Shown here piece by piece: positions 1 to 14,717 of a stretch of DNA of 64,000 nt. The notes below the pieces were generated by a model. That model made no database searches, was not told the DNA's origin, and saw only the letters and a list, made by a program, of their open reading frames with translations. Position 1 is the stretch's first letter; each line of letters begins with the position of its first letter. Source of the stretch: Stylophora pistillata (taxonomy: Eukaryota); contig NW_019217838.1 in assembly GCF_002571385.2 (NCBI RefSeq), forward strand, positions 212,286 through 276,285. The letters are read 5' to 3'. A program made the position numbers and the translations under genes.

Positions 1-607
1 CCCGGGGTCCCCTCAGGTCTAGTACCCCCGCGAGTCTTGGTTTGCCAACATGACGAGGTTACCAAGCCGATTTCAACGGTCGTTGTGTCGTGTTTAAAAA
101 TGACTCGGCTGTCTACAAACGTTTTAACGTTTCACTGAGGACACGATGAGCCACCTGGCGTCGATCGCAGGGCTGAGATTGTGCGGCTAGAGAATCGAAA
201 TGATAGGTCAACCTTTGCCCTTGAATTCTGCGGTGGATTTGTGGCCGTGGGTACATTTTAGCTTGGGATTTTTTACTTCGTTCGGGAGGCTGTCTGGACA
301 GAAGTGTTCGGCGTTGTCTTCTCTTTAAGAAGAGAAAACCAGAATTAAAAAAACCGCTAAATCAAGTGAAATCGGTAAAATAACGACAGCAGGAGCAAGC
401 AACACACGTATGTATTAAGGTGAGCCATTTTTATTTAATATTTTCACTTTTAACTATCTCTATGGATATCTTGTAGAAAATCCCATACAAATCCTTATAA
501 ATCGATATGCAAATTGTGTTCCTTGTGTGGTTCTCAAAGAGAGCTTGGGCCGCCTGTGTATTCATTTACTAATTTTACATTTGAAAAGGGTATGGACGTT
601 AACTCAC

Positions 608-3600
608 CTTCATCTTGAGTTCTTTTGCCATGGTTATAATCCCTGCACTGTTGTTTACAAAGTTGTATCCCTCTTGAAGTCTTACCCTAAGAATTGTAAG
701 TATACAATCTCAATTATATGAGCTGTTTTGCTGAACTGTAACTCTACTAAAACAATCCAAATACAATCCGATTCATTCTTCACCACCCTGAGCCATCCCT
801 CTGCCTTCCTGATTACTAATTGTCTCTTTCGTGTTTTTCTTTCCCATCGAACAAATAGTTTCAAGTATCTTTTTTACTTAAAGGCAGTTCTGCACAGCCC
901 ATTTATGACCCAAAGTATCGCGAGGTATATCTTTGCTCCCATGATTTAACTATTAATTCTCCGCATTCTCTACCAGTCAGTCCTCATATCTTTACCTCGG
1001 AGAATAAATCAAACATTATCCCTTAGTTAATATCTGCCTTTGTTCTCGTCACCTTTCCGGTTGAAAATGTATTGATACTGTGGGGACAAATTCCTTATTA
1101 AAATGGAACGAAAAGGTTAATGGTGTTGCGAGGGACTGTTGGACCGCTATAAACAACTAAAAATGAAATTTCATCCCTTTCGCTCGCTTATTATTTCTTT
1201 CTTTGGTTGTTTATATTTTTTCTCTCCCCTAGGAGAAGGGCAAGTAGACTTCATCAAGAATCTGAGAGTGATTCGTCATTACTTATTATGGACCAGCGTT
1301 TGCATTTAGTGCTCAAGACAACATCTTCCTTTCCTTACTTTGTTAGGGTAGAAAGCACTCTTGCAACTTTCTCAGCACTTAAGGGTGTCGATTTTTCATC
1401 TTGCATTGTCCAAATCCAACGACGGTGATGCAGATACTGACACAGGAGCTTCATACGATTTTCTCTAGCGCCAAAAGCATACAGTCCCGTCGAACTCCCG
1501 TACACAAAATAAGAGAGCTGTTCCGGGAATGGGGAAAAGAGGTCCTTTGGAACTCGTTCATATCGAACATAGATCCCATCCAGAGATTTCTCATACATGA
1601 TCGCGCATAGCTTTTCATCTACAGTCCGCTGCTTCGATAACGTCACGGCACGTTGAAGACTTCTCCCCTTTGCTTGAGTATTTTGAGGCTTGACATTCGC
1701 GCCCAGAGGTGCTGTGATTTCAGAGAGTTCTTTCTTCAGGCCCGATACAATCTAGAGGAGACAAATTGCAAACACGCACGGTTAATTTCCTCCTGTCTAT
1801 CTTTTTAATTTATGATTCACTGGCCCCTTTCATTCGTATCTATTTACCAATTGTTCGCACTGCTCTCATATTTGTTTTTGCTTGTCAACTCGCTCATCCA
1901 TTTATCCTTACTCCATTAACCTAAGGGTAGAGGTACCGCACTTATTCAATTACGCCTCCAACCTCGAAGCACCCACCCTGTAGGTATGAAAACATTTCTC
2001 CGCGCCCAGCCTAACCCGGTCTCCGCAAGGCAAGAGCTAACTATAAATGAGGTTTTTTTTTTATTTTTTATTTTTTTTTGCATCCTTGCTATAAGAACAG
2101 TACAGTATCGTTGTATTAGCAGGGCTCGACACTAACGGTAGCCCACTAACCACAGACTAGTAGAAATTCAATGTTGGCAAGTGGTTTTCAATTTCCACTA
2201 GCCAGTTTGGCTAGTTACCAGACTGAAATTGTCGTAACATCTAAAAACATCTAAGATGTTGCAAGCCACTTGGCGAGTAAGTTGAAAAGTTAGTGTTGAG
2301 CCCTGATTAGGACTGTAAAATGTCACTTACCGTATGTCTTATGTGGCCAGCAGTTCCTCCGAGAAAGGCTACCTTGATAAGAATGCAGGGTCCACTCGCT
2401 GTTATTCGCACAATACAGAAAGAAGAAGGAGCTCCCTCAGGATTTTCGCTGTTGGAATCAAAACCGTACACAGGCGTTTAACAAAGCAATTGACTAAGAA
2501 ACATTTTGTGTGTATGCATGTTACTTTGACCCTCTACACCCTAACATCAGTATGCATATTCTCCATACTCTTCTCTATACACTACCTGAATTGCTGACAA
2601 GGAGAATGCGTTGGACAATCAAGAGCTTCTTTAGTTGATGATCATTTCCGTTATTCTCATGACTTTAATGTTTGATTCAGGGGTGCCGGATATTGTAAGG
2701 AGAAATTAGATGCTGGTCACTCTTAAACACAAACAACACGTTTTAGAATAATATTGATTGATAAAAAAAAAAAAACCGCTCGGTACCGCGGACTTAAAAA
2801 GGGCAAAAAAATAATATTCACCTCGCAATGAACTTGATATAACAGTGGTTTTCCAGCAACACAAATGAGCTCCAGTTTCTAAGAAGAGAGGTGAGTGACC
2901 TCAGTGCAACCCGACACTGGATTGCACTGGATCTGTCATTTTCCATCGGAAGATGAAGATTCTTTGGCAAAGGGCTGCAATAAAAGCAAAGTAATACTCA
3001 ATAACATGAGTATTCTGCTCTTAAATCACAAAAATATTCGTCACACTCACACATCGTGTTCCAGCACAAGTCCAATTCTATGGCAGTGCATCCACCTTTG
3101 CCTAGAAAAAAAGCAACATATTTACAAGATAATTTAATTTTATCGAGTGAATTCATAAATAAACTGGCCAACGTTAAAAGCTGACGTTTCAAGCGTTGGC
3201 CCTTTGTCAGGGCGAGGAACGATGGGCTAAATCTAAAACCACTCCTGGTTCGAGAGAGAGCGGGGTGTGGTAACCAATATGCACGGAAGCACATCCTTTA
3301 CCGATGAGGTTACAACAGCCAGTATAATTATAAATATACTTACCATCCAGTCGTATCGAGAGATAACACTGGCTTCCAGAAGACAGAAAATTGGGACTCC
3401 TGTGATTTGGAATTCTTACTGAAATCATGAAAGTATGACAACTTTGAAAAGCCTTTAATTATTGAAAAGGTTCTCAATAGTTTTTTTTCTCGTTGTTCTA
3501 CAAAACTACAGTTCCTAAACCGCAGTGCAGAACAAGGGCATTTACAAATAAAGTGGTAATAATAATAATAATATTAATAGTGACAAAAATATTATAATAA

Positions 3601-6600
3601 TGATACATAATTATAATAATAATAATAACATATAATTCACATCTTTTTGGGTTCCTCATATCATTTGAAAATTTCTTTAATTTACTAATTATTTTAGGCT
3701 ACGGTAATGACAAGCTACGCGATTGCGCCTTGTCAATATCTCATTTAAGGAGGCATCCTTACGTTTTACTTCCCACGATAATAATAATTAAAATATGTTA
3801 CTTGATAGCCATCCTCTTAGAAATAAATTAGGTATGATTAGTCCAAGTGAATCAAATTACTTCAGTAGCTTTCATAAATAGCTAACTCAGGAACTTTAAC
3901 TGAAAGACTGAATCAAATAGAAATGAAAAGTAGGAAACACTTTTTTATTACCTTCCATGTTGCAGTGACAAAACCTAAAATGAAACCAAGTGGACAGTAC
4001 ATGTAGGAATTGTTGATACATGAAAAAACTGAGATATCTTTTATAATGCAATAAGTTAATGAACACAAGAACATCAGTGACACACCGGCCGGATTATTTA
4101 CAAGAGGTCTAACCCAAACCGCGATTTTACGCAAGTAGCGTTACGTATTCTCTTTAAGAGAGATTTTTTTTTTCATTAAAATAAACGTTCCCCCACGGTT
4201 AGCTTTCGGCCCTCGTGAGACTGTTCACGAATTTAAATGTTCATATAAAAGATTCAGCTAGATTCAAGACAGTTAAGAACGCGGTTTTGTGAGACAACGG
4301 CTAAACTTTGTTTAAATAACCAGCCCAACGGGTTGCACTTCGTATGCCACTTTTTGGTAAAGGCGACGACGCGTTGGCAGACGCGTTGGTGAGATCGGAT
4401 TTTTTACTACCAACACACCACCGACGCATCTTGTATGTTATAACGATGAAAGGTGATCAATGCGTCGGCCGATAGTCGGTCCATAGTCGGCCGACTGTGG
4501 ATCAACGCATCGGCCGACGTGTTCATTATTTGATACTTACAAGTTCGTTAGAGTTTGGTGGAAGGTAGAATAATGGAACTCCTTTTTTTACACTCTCTGG
4601 TATGGTATAATATATGGGATTGGACGAAAAAGACTGGAGATGAACAAGCATTTGATCTGTGCTCTGTAAACTGAAATTAGGCAAACATTGCATTGCCAGT
4701 CAATGTATAATGTTTAGAAGCCAAGATACACGATTTCAATAACAATTAAAATGTATCGTATTTTGATGATAGAAATGAGAATTACCTTTTCATGAATTGC
4801 TGGAATCTTTTGACAACAAGTGTTCTGGAAAAGTTGAATTAATCAAATAGCGTATGACTTAAATTTGTTTAACCAAGAAAAGGTTCATGGCTGAAAGTTT
4901 CAGTTAACTGCTCCTTTCTTAATCCTGGAGGCTATAACAGCCTGAGAGCAGGCACTCATTATCACCAATGGAACACAAGCATTCTTAGCCTACCTGAGTC
5001 TTTGAGTAAAGCAACCGGGCAATTCAGGCCTGCTAGGAACCCAAGCAAACCGCTCCCCAGAATAATAGTCTCAAATCTTCCCATGGACAGAAAAACGTGC
5101 ATCCCGCAATGCTAATAGCTAGGCAGGCTTCTATTTTAACTAAGTTGCAAAAAGGCNATAGCAGACAGATCTAATGGAACCTAGGAGTGAAACAGTTTAA
5201 TTCATACAAAAGTTACCTGTAGGGACTTTGAAAGGGCTTTGTAAAATGCATCACATCATGAAGAAACTCATACGGTGCCTCTATTGTCACCTCCACATGT
5301 GTCACACAACTGAAAGAAGAAACATTAACATGTGTCACACAACTGAGAGAAATAGTATCAGCATATGTCACACAACTGAGAGAAATAGCACCAGCATGTG
5401 TCACACAACTGAGAGAAGAAGCATTAGCATGTGTCACACAACTGAGAGAAGAAGCATAAAGCGTGAAATTTTCTTATGATTGCTGAGCAAAGAGCATAAA
5501 CCCCATAGAAATAGCTGTCACGGTTAAACTCAGGGAATTAGTAGCTCTACCTGGCTTGACTTATTTTTATTCTTGACTTTTTCTGGCCTACCATTCCTGG
5601 CCAAATACACTTTATTTTCCATCAATTTTGATGAGAGAGCCCATGAATTCCACAAAATCATTGTATTTCTACCAACTAGGCTTCTTGTACATACACTGTA
5701 GAAGATAATTTGGCTTTACCATCTGAATTGAGAATACTGTAAAGAGTTTTCAAAGCTGAACTTTTGAGTATTAGACCTACAGCATTTGTTTTGACAGAGG
5801 GTTAGCTCAGTTGAGAAAACCAAATTATTTTTTAATATCCCCTTTCAATGCAATGAGTACCTTCAGAAACTTAGCTCCTCTACTTCTATGTATACAAACT
5901 AATTTGTCAAGAGCTAGGCCCATAAAGAGTCAGTGGTATAAGTGATACTGTTGTGTATCTGATTTATTATGCTGTATAATGCTTTCACTGACCTGCTAGA
6001 GGAGAGGGGCCAAGTCTGTTGAAACAGAAAAAAAATAAAAGATAAAATAAAAAGATTAAAAAAAATACAAAAATGACAAAAAAGACATGAATAATGCTGC
6101 ACTTGCTGCGTGCACGATGTGCACTGGAGAAATCAAATGACAAACCTTCATGTATGTGTAACAACAATCTACAGTTATTATTAGAAAACAATAAAAAATT
6201 ACCGAAAAAAAAACTTACTGAGAGAGCTAAGTACTCAATCTGTACATTATGCTTCCAAGGAATTGTTAGCTTGACTTGAAGCTGCTTTCCACCTTGTTGA
6301 AAAATATATATTTTTTAATTAGGTAGCAAATGTGTAGACACAGCTGCAGTAACATGGAAGGGGTACCCCAGTAAATTTACATTAAGATGGTCCACAGAAG
6401 AAATGTCTTTAATATTTCCATGTCATTATTTGGAAATTATCAGTAAGTAAAAATGAAAGACCTGAACCGTTTGACCTCTAAGAGTGACTAAAGATTCTCT
6501 TTACAGCATCACTCCCGAATCACACATGAATGATCACCAAATGAAGAAGCTACTGATTGTCAAACTAATTCTTTTGGTGAGGACTTTATAATAATTATGT

Positions 6601-9600
6601 ATGGAGATCAAATATGCATACTGCTGTTGAGGACTGTAAAGAGTTCATTTAAAACACATCCTCATACAAAAATTAATGTAAGTACCTTTTGCAATGGAAA
6701 CATCCTGAATTGAATACCCTTCTCTGAGACGCACACTGAGAACACTACACACATACAAGAAGAAGAAAAAGAAGTTCAAGTTTTATCTACCCCCATGCAC
6801 TGCTGGTCATTATTCTCAGGGATGGAGCTGAGAGATTAGGCTGAAAATTCAAGTTATGCAGCTCAAAGACAACCTTCAATATTGAACAATTTTAAGTTGC
6901 CATTTTACTTTACCAAGTGATGTGCTTAACCAAGTGATCCCCAGCCTAAAATCTAATCAGCGATTGCTGCTTTTTAATTTTCGAAAATTATACCGTGGTT
7001 GGTCATAAGCGAGAGACTCACACCCTTACCTTGTAATGCTAGTTTGTAGCTTTGTCTCCAAATGTCTTTTTGGCATTGATGGTTGCATAGCATTTTGTTC
7101 CCACTCACTCAATGCATAAGACAATGATCTACAATGAAAAAAAAAATTAATATCAAAAATATCAAAATTAAAAAAAAAAAAATACAACTGCACAGTCCCG
7201 ATCAGCCCTTAACAGTTTTGTTTGTTTGTTTGTTTGTTTGTTTGTTTTTTTCCACTCCACTTTCCTTTCATTTTCCTTGAACTGATCCAATCAACACTTA
7301 TTGATGGGAGAATGAAATTTATTTGGACTTGTGGCTTGAAAATAGGGATTTGCCCACCATGGGGGCAAAATTATATCTAAAGGGACCTGCAGTTAGACAC
7401 AATACAAACCCCTGGATACCCCAGGTACCTTCACTTCCCTTTCAGCATAGCAGCTGGTTAATTTGCTTCCTTGAGAATAGTCCTTTTTACAGTTGTGGAC
7501 TTGGTGGCCAAGCCTTTGAACAGGAGTGAGGCTAAGGGTGACCCTGTTGTGATAGAGACCTGTATCTAGTTAGCATGATAACAGAGAAATTTGCATTTGA
7601 AAAGCAGCAACATCTCTATCATAACAAGGTCACCCTTAGCCTCACTCCTGTTCAAAGGCTTGGCCACCAAGCCCACAACTGTAAAAAGGACAATTTAACC
7701 CAAAATCAAACACTAACTATACATACACCTGTACCAATATATTGTTGTGAATACCTTTTGCCTTTTAATGCCCATGCCAAATCTTCCTCACTCAACTCCA
7801 AACAGTCACCTATTGTCAGCATTCATTCAGCAATTATAGAGAATGTTGGAATTAGTAATTAAGAATCAAATTAGTTATCCTATAATACAGGGCTCGAAAT
7901 TAACGGTAACCAATTAACCAATGGCTAGTACTTTTCAACGTTTGGTTACTAAAAAGGTGTCCAACTAACGCGACATGGTTAGTAAAATTTTCTAACACAT
8001 TTAAACATTGGTAGACCTCAGGACAAAGAGCACATAGACCTGACTCTCAGAGAAATACTTAGAATACTCAAGTTGAATAATCAACTTAAACTCTTTTTAG
8101 AGGATGTGCTGTAGATGTACTGTTCTTGACTAATCATGGTAAACGAGAGGGAAATAAAATAGGTGCATTTAATTGTCAACGTTTTTAAATCAAATCATAA
8201 ATCAAATCATAATCTTTATTTCTGAAGATAAAATCACATATCCTAAGTTACAACATAAACTCACAAGGGAAATTATTACATGTCATATTCAAAAATTATC
8301 CTATTACTAAAAACGTTCTTAAACCTTTCAGTGTGGATTCTAGGGACAGAGACTGACGTATTTCTAAGATTGTACCTTGTGTTCTTTTCCTAAGGTAAAA
8401 ACTGGAAAAATGGGCATTCAGGGTCATTCAATCTTGCAATTTCAGCTACTCTTTAATTTGTCCTAATAATTATTATCAAAATGTTCAATATTTGAGATAT
8501 CGTAACTTGTGAGCTTGGATACCAAACTTGAATATATAACCCAAGAGCCCCACTGTGGGAAACCATAATGAAAACTGACATGTGTACTGGGCCAGATGGG
8601 TTGATATGGGAATTTGGTCCAGGAAAATTGTCCCCTTTTTCCAAAGATATGAATTCTAATTGTGGTTTGAACTTATGGTAAAGCAAAGCAGAATTAAAAA
8701 TGAGAAAATAATGCATGTTTCTCTTTGAATTGTGGGTTTATCTAATTATTTACCTATCCAGGAATCGATCTTGCTCAGGTCAAAATCTCTCTGAAAGTTC
8801 CAGCAAAGCAGAGCTTTGTGATAAAGGTTCATGCTGAAATCCTCTATGAAAAACACAAACAGGTGAATACATTAACACTAACTGTTATGAACCCTTTAAC
8901 TCCCAACCTCTGATTGTGAATTCTCCCCTCTAGCTGCTACACATTTCCTTCTAAATTAGTTACGAGAATTTGGTGTTAGATCAAGATAAAAACTTGTACC
9001 TGATAAGTTTGAGTATTCTCATTACCTGTTTGCTGGATAATGTAGGGATATTATAGAGAGAAGTTACATCTTAATCACTTCTAGTAGTTTAAAGATTACA
9101 CAAAATAATTTATAGATTGAAATGGTATGAAATTATTTATCCAGAACTTATTAGAGAAAACACAACATATCTAAGGAATTTGGGCTCATCCTGCTTCGTG
9201 TAAAAACCTGTGAAGCTGACGAGTGACGTAAAACAAAGACAACAAAACTTTATAAACAATAGCGTACAGCAAAACAATACCTCATAAAACAAAGAAAACC
9301 TCGTCAGGTTTTTACACCGAGGATGACCTGAAATTTGATAGTCATTCTTCATCCAGAAAATTTTCTTGCACATTTTACAATTAAGACTGTGCTTACCACA
9401 TTCATCTACTTTTTTACCATCTTTTGAAACCTAGAGATATTGAATAATTATTACATTGCCAGTTAGTACATGCTCCATGAGTGGTCAATTTAGAAGGCTG
9501 TATTTCACTGTATTTCACTGTATGGAGTCTTAGACTCAGTTAGTGAGGGGTACGTCAGGAAAAATCTCAACCATCTTTGAAAGACACAGCTGAATTCAGA

Positions 9601-12600
9601 ATTCACATAAAATGGCTGTTCTACCATTTAAATCATATAAGAATTCCTCGTAGCTATCAGATTCATTTGATGCATATTGATGTTAAATGTGCAACATTAA
9701 GGTTCAAAACAGTTTTTCATTGCCTGTAGCTTGGCTGAAAGCTTTCTCCACTAAACTAAGAAAAAGGAGAAAAAAGGAGATACCAAGGTCTCCTACATAC
9801 TAATGTCATGTTTCATTGTATCTTCCATTGAAATTAACAGAGAAAAGTGTTTTCCACTCACTGGGGGTGCCTTAGCAAGGTATGCACCTGAAGTGGCCAT
9901 GGCGATAAACTGCATCATGTCACAATGTGGGACATAACCAAAGCTTGGAGGAAAAACAAAATACAGTTGGTCACTTTAATAGAGCGAAAGCTAAATTCTT
10001 TTTGGGATTATTGAGAGTTGCCAGTAAGCCTTCAACCTCCAAGACCATTACAGTACCACTCAAATGAAAGTTATCACCATCTACAGAGAGGTGTCTTGTT
10101 TCTATAGACTTGAGACACATCTTGTTTCATTCGAGTTTTTTCTTGTTTCTTGCAAGTGCACTGCAAGTACCAATAGTTTGCATTGTTGTGAAACACAATG
10201 CCAGTGTTTGATTACAATAATGTGAGTGTTGGGTATTATAAACTTGCACTGGCAAATCAATTAATAACAATTAATAATTAATTAATTAATAAAAAATCGT
10301 GATCATTGGATTGAATAAAGTAATAAGTACTGTCAGTTATAAATTAAAGGGGAAATATTTTATGACGCACGCTGGAACTAAACAAACAACAACAAAAATG
10401 TGTACACTGTAATGCATTTCATTTAATGTTTTTAAGGGAATCTACCTGCAGTGGGCATGAAACCCACTTCCAACTTTAATAAAAGAACAGCACACAGTGC
10501 TGGCTCTAAGCTGTGCCATAAGAGAATCAACTGCCATAGCATCAGGAAGGGCAAAAACACCATCTGTGATCACAACAGCTCCTATGTATCCATACAAAAG
10601 AAAAGCATTCAAAATATTCAATACTCTATTTTCAAGAATCTGACTTACATTTTTTAGTATAATTATATCAAGTGATTTGATGATTAATGGAAGTTTAAAA
10701 AATGGCTATCACAGTGACTATAATAATCCTTTGGCAAAATACCCTATTCACCAGCAAAACATTTTACTCAAAGAATGTCAGAAAAAGAGAACTGCAAAAC
10801 TGAATTTTTTGTAGGTTTCAACTCATCATTAGGTTGTATTTTTAAGGTGCTAAACTTAAAGTTGAAAAATGTTGCTCTAAGCTGCAGCTTCTGTGAATCA
10901 AGAAAAATATTTTCCACCCTTAAAACATGATTGTTTAAGCTTTTGTATGACTAGGGTATAAGCTTAAGAAAGATAACACTTGACAATGCTGCAGGCTTGA
11001 TATATAATACAGGGTGATAATACAGTGGGAACTTATATGCCACTCCTACATGACTCCCTTGGGAGGTTTTGCTGGTCACATGACTTTTGGCTTGAATCGC
11101 CATGTGCTCGGGTTTGCAAATGTTTTTTTAGTTTTTATCCATTGAAGAGAGTTTTAAAAAAGCGTTATTATGTCTTTTGTTGGCTTAAGCAAATGGTTCG
11201 GTAAGTTAATATTAATATAATTGTTTTTTTTTTGTTGTTCAGGCAGGTATTTAGAGTTTAATGCCTTCTTTTGTTTGTAATTTTCAGAAAACCTTTCACT
11301 TGCAATTTCACTTGCACCTTTACTTTCACTTTCACTTTCACTTTCAATTTGACCGAGGCCATGCGGCCAATGTATGAGCTCAAGTTATTGACGTTTGTTT
11401 TAGATAAATAAACACAGTACTACAGCATTGACATTATAAGAGGAGAGAAGAGAACATACCAGCACTTGCATTGCCTGGAAGCAGCTGTAATGCCAGGAGA
11501 GCATTCCTTAAAATTGACATTGGACCAGTCTCTGGTGACATCGGTGGCACTGGGCCATGTGACATTCTCCTCTGATCACTCTCTGTTTTGTTCATCTTAA
11601 TTGGAGTATCAAATTAGTCCATTAATATTTTATGCAATGTACTTACAATTCTAAAAAGGTTCAATCGGTGCTTAGAATAAAGCCTTAGGTTAAGTCTAGT
11701 TGCAAGCCAAGTAGTCAAAAAAGCCAGACTTATCCAAATTTCCATGGCATGAATTAAGCAACTCAGGAGTATGAATACTCCCCCCCCTGAATGCCATGCC
11801 AGTCCACTGCAAGGTTATTCCCCGAAATTTTTTTTTCCCTAATACCCACAGACCCTACCTCATCACTAGAGCATGTATCACAGTACGGCATAGACTTAGT
11901 CTTGGCTAAATAGTCCTCCTGCTCCATTAGCTGCTTGTGTACTGTCTCCAGAACAAAGTTGATATTTTCTTCAGTAACAAGGCAGCCCTGGATAAGAATC
12001 TTGAAAAAAAAAAAAAAACAAACAAACAAAAAATAAGTAGCCTTTGTTTGCTTTACTGGCCATAAATGTAACTATAAAGTTAAAATAAGTAAAGAACAAA
12101 AAAAATCTGGAGGTCAACTGAAGAGAAGTATGATATTTCTCTATTTGAAAGTGTCAATCGTACATACATGCATTAATTCAAGCAATAGACTACCTTGGGT
12201 GAACTGTTGTAATTAAAAAAAAAAGGTCCATACTCAAGACAAGTGCCCTGACCAGCCAGAGCACTGTAATTTAAAAAAAGCTTAAGTCCGTACTCAAGAC
12301 AAGTGCCCTCCAGCCAGACCTTATCCTAGTTTCCATGGCATGAAGGGAGTAGGTGTACTACTATGCCCCCATGGGTAAGATGCCATTTCCATAACAAGGC
12401 TACCCCCTGCATTTTATCACCCTTCTGTATTCCAGGGCCAAGACTCTGAGAAACAGTGAGAGGTAAGTATTTTGTTCAAAATGATAACTCTCGGTCCCAG
12501 ACTGATCTTGGACCCAGACCTCTTGACCCATAGTCCGGATCCAGTGCACTATCCATTAGGCCACCAAGTCTCCCACATGAAAATGTGTAAATTATTAAGC

Positions 12601-13640
12601 TACATATTAATTATAATTTATAATACTCAACAGGAATAATATAAATCAACCCACTTGAGGAACTTCAGGATTCAAAATGGAAGTATATGCTAAGACAGTG
12701 ATGTACAACTCAGGACGTAAAACAATGGGGTTACCAGGAACGGAGAACTGCAAAGAAAGTGAAAGTGAACATTTATCTTTTNNNNNNNNNNNNNNNNNNN
12801 NNNNNNNNNNNNNNNNNNNNNNNNNNNNNGGGTTTGGAAACTAGGCAGACTTTGAATTCAACATGATAAATGCAATATGTGCTCCAAATGTTCCATTTCT
12901 CATGTCAACTTCAAATGCTAATAATATAATAAACCTTAGAGATGTGATATCTGGCACTATAAATAACAAGAGCTCTTATATATAACTACAAATTTTATTA
13001 AGAAATTGACAGTGGTTTGGCCTGGTCTGCACTGTTATCCATTATGATATTCATCATCACAGTGGTCAAAGTGGTAATGGACCCACGAGGGACAGCCAAG
13101 TGAGCCTGCTATAAATTGATGTCAAATGTTGTTGTAGATAACAGTAAAGACCACGCTAAACCACTGTTGATTTATTTTTTGACCACAATATTAACGTAAA
13201 ATAAAACGATTCTTTTAGTACGCGACACATTATGTGACACACTTACACCAGCAGCATTGTCTGTACTCCTATCCACAACGGCAAATTTACCAATAAGATT
13301 GCAACATTACTGCCAATAATGGTAAAAAATAATATTTTCAAGACTCCAACATGCAATATTCATGTACACAGACAAGCCACCTTTTCTTCACTCAGCAAAA
13401 GAACATATAAAGCCTTAAACTCCCAGAAGTGATCAACATGTAACTTCTCCCTAAAATATCCCTACATTTTCCAGCAAACGGGTAATGAGAATACTCAAAC
13501 TTATCAGGTAGAAGTTGATATCTTGATCTTAATTCTCCTTACTAATTCACAAGGAATATGAGTGGAAGCTAGAACGGAGAGTTAACAATCAGATCGGGGG
13601 AGTTATTCAAAGTGTTAAGCTTGCACAAAACTATGAACTA

Positions 13641-13693
<53 letters not shown>

Positions 13694-13891
13694 ACCATTA
13701 ATGGTATATGAGCCATTATATAACATAATCTACAAATATGGTAAACCTACGCGTCAGCTTAAAATTAAAAGGGAGTTAAAAAATTTAACGTTTGGTAAGA
13801 TTTGTCCGATATCTTGGGGGCATTTTTAATAAAACAATTATTCCACTCAGGCTTGTTGGATATAAGATGATTATAGCCAACTCGGCGCTAA

Positions 13892-13922
<31 letters not shown>

Positions 13923-14685
13923 GAATGCGCACTCGTGGAATAATTGTTAAATAATTGTATAAAATATGACTTACCGGAGCAACAAGGCCATTAAGACAGT
14001 TTTTAAATTTTTCAAACGCTTCACTGGTAATTACAGTCCCTGACTGAATATCCTGGAACACACAAAAAAAACATTTTCATTTGGAAAATACATCTTGGAC
14101 AAATTGCTAAACTGTTATATTATAGTGGAAAAAAAATTCCATGAATACCAACAGTTCCTTAAAATTTTAATACATTCTTACCACAGTAGAAAGAGATGGG
14201 CTGATGTCAAAACAAAAGACAAATTTATATCGCCTGCCAATAAATGTAATTTGAGTTGAAGGTACAAGTTTGTAGGGTCCATGGTTGTCTTGATTATTTG
14301 AAATGACTGACAAAACTTCAAGTTCTTCGTTAGAAGCAATCTAGACCAGGAAAAAAATTAACATCGTTTGGTAAAATTCCAACATAATCAACTTGCTGCA
14401 TATACTTCAATGCAGAGAGTGTTGTCAGTTTCATGTGTGTTGTTAAATTGGATGACCATGTAAAGCTAAAAACTCTTGAACTGTTTGCAAAGTTTCCATT
14501 TAGTGAACGAAAATCATAAAATTGTAGCCATATATTCAAATTACAGAAGCAAAAAAATATAATTTAATCCTTTAATGCCCAGAAGTGATTAACATGTGTT
14601 TTCTCCCTATGAGATCCATACATTCATTATTAAGCAAACTGGTAATGAGAATACTCAAATTTATCAGATCAAAGTTGGTATTAAC

Positions 14686-14717
<32 letters not shown>

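Noticed and set aside
1-420. GC-richer segment as the next SZT2 exon
   Set aside because: All three minus-strand frames hit stops and none resembles the expected SZT2 continuation. It is probably an intronic repeat.
5296-5460. CRISPR-like appearance (constant block plus variable block)
   Set aside because: The context is eukaryotic, the variable parts are homologous to each other and only about 10 nt, and there are no cas genes. It is a minisatellite.
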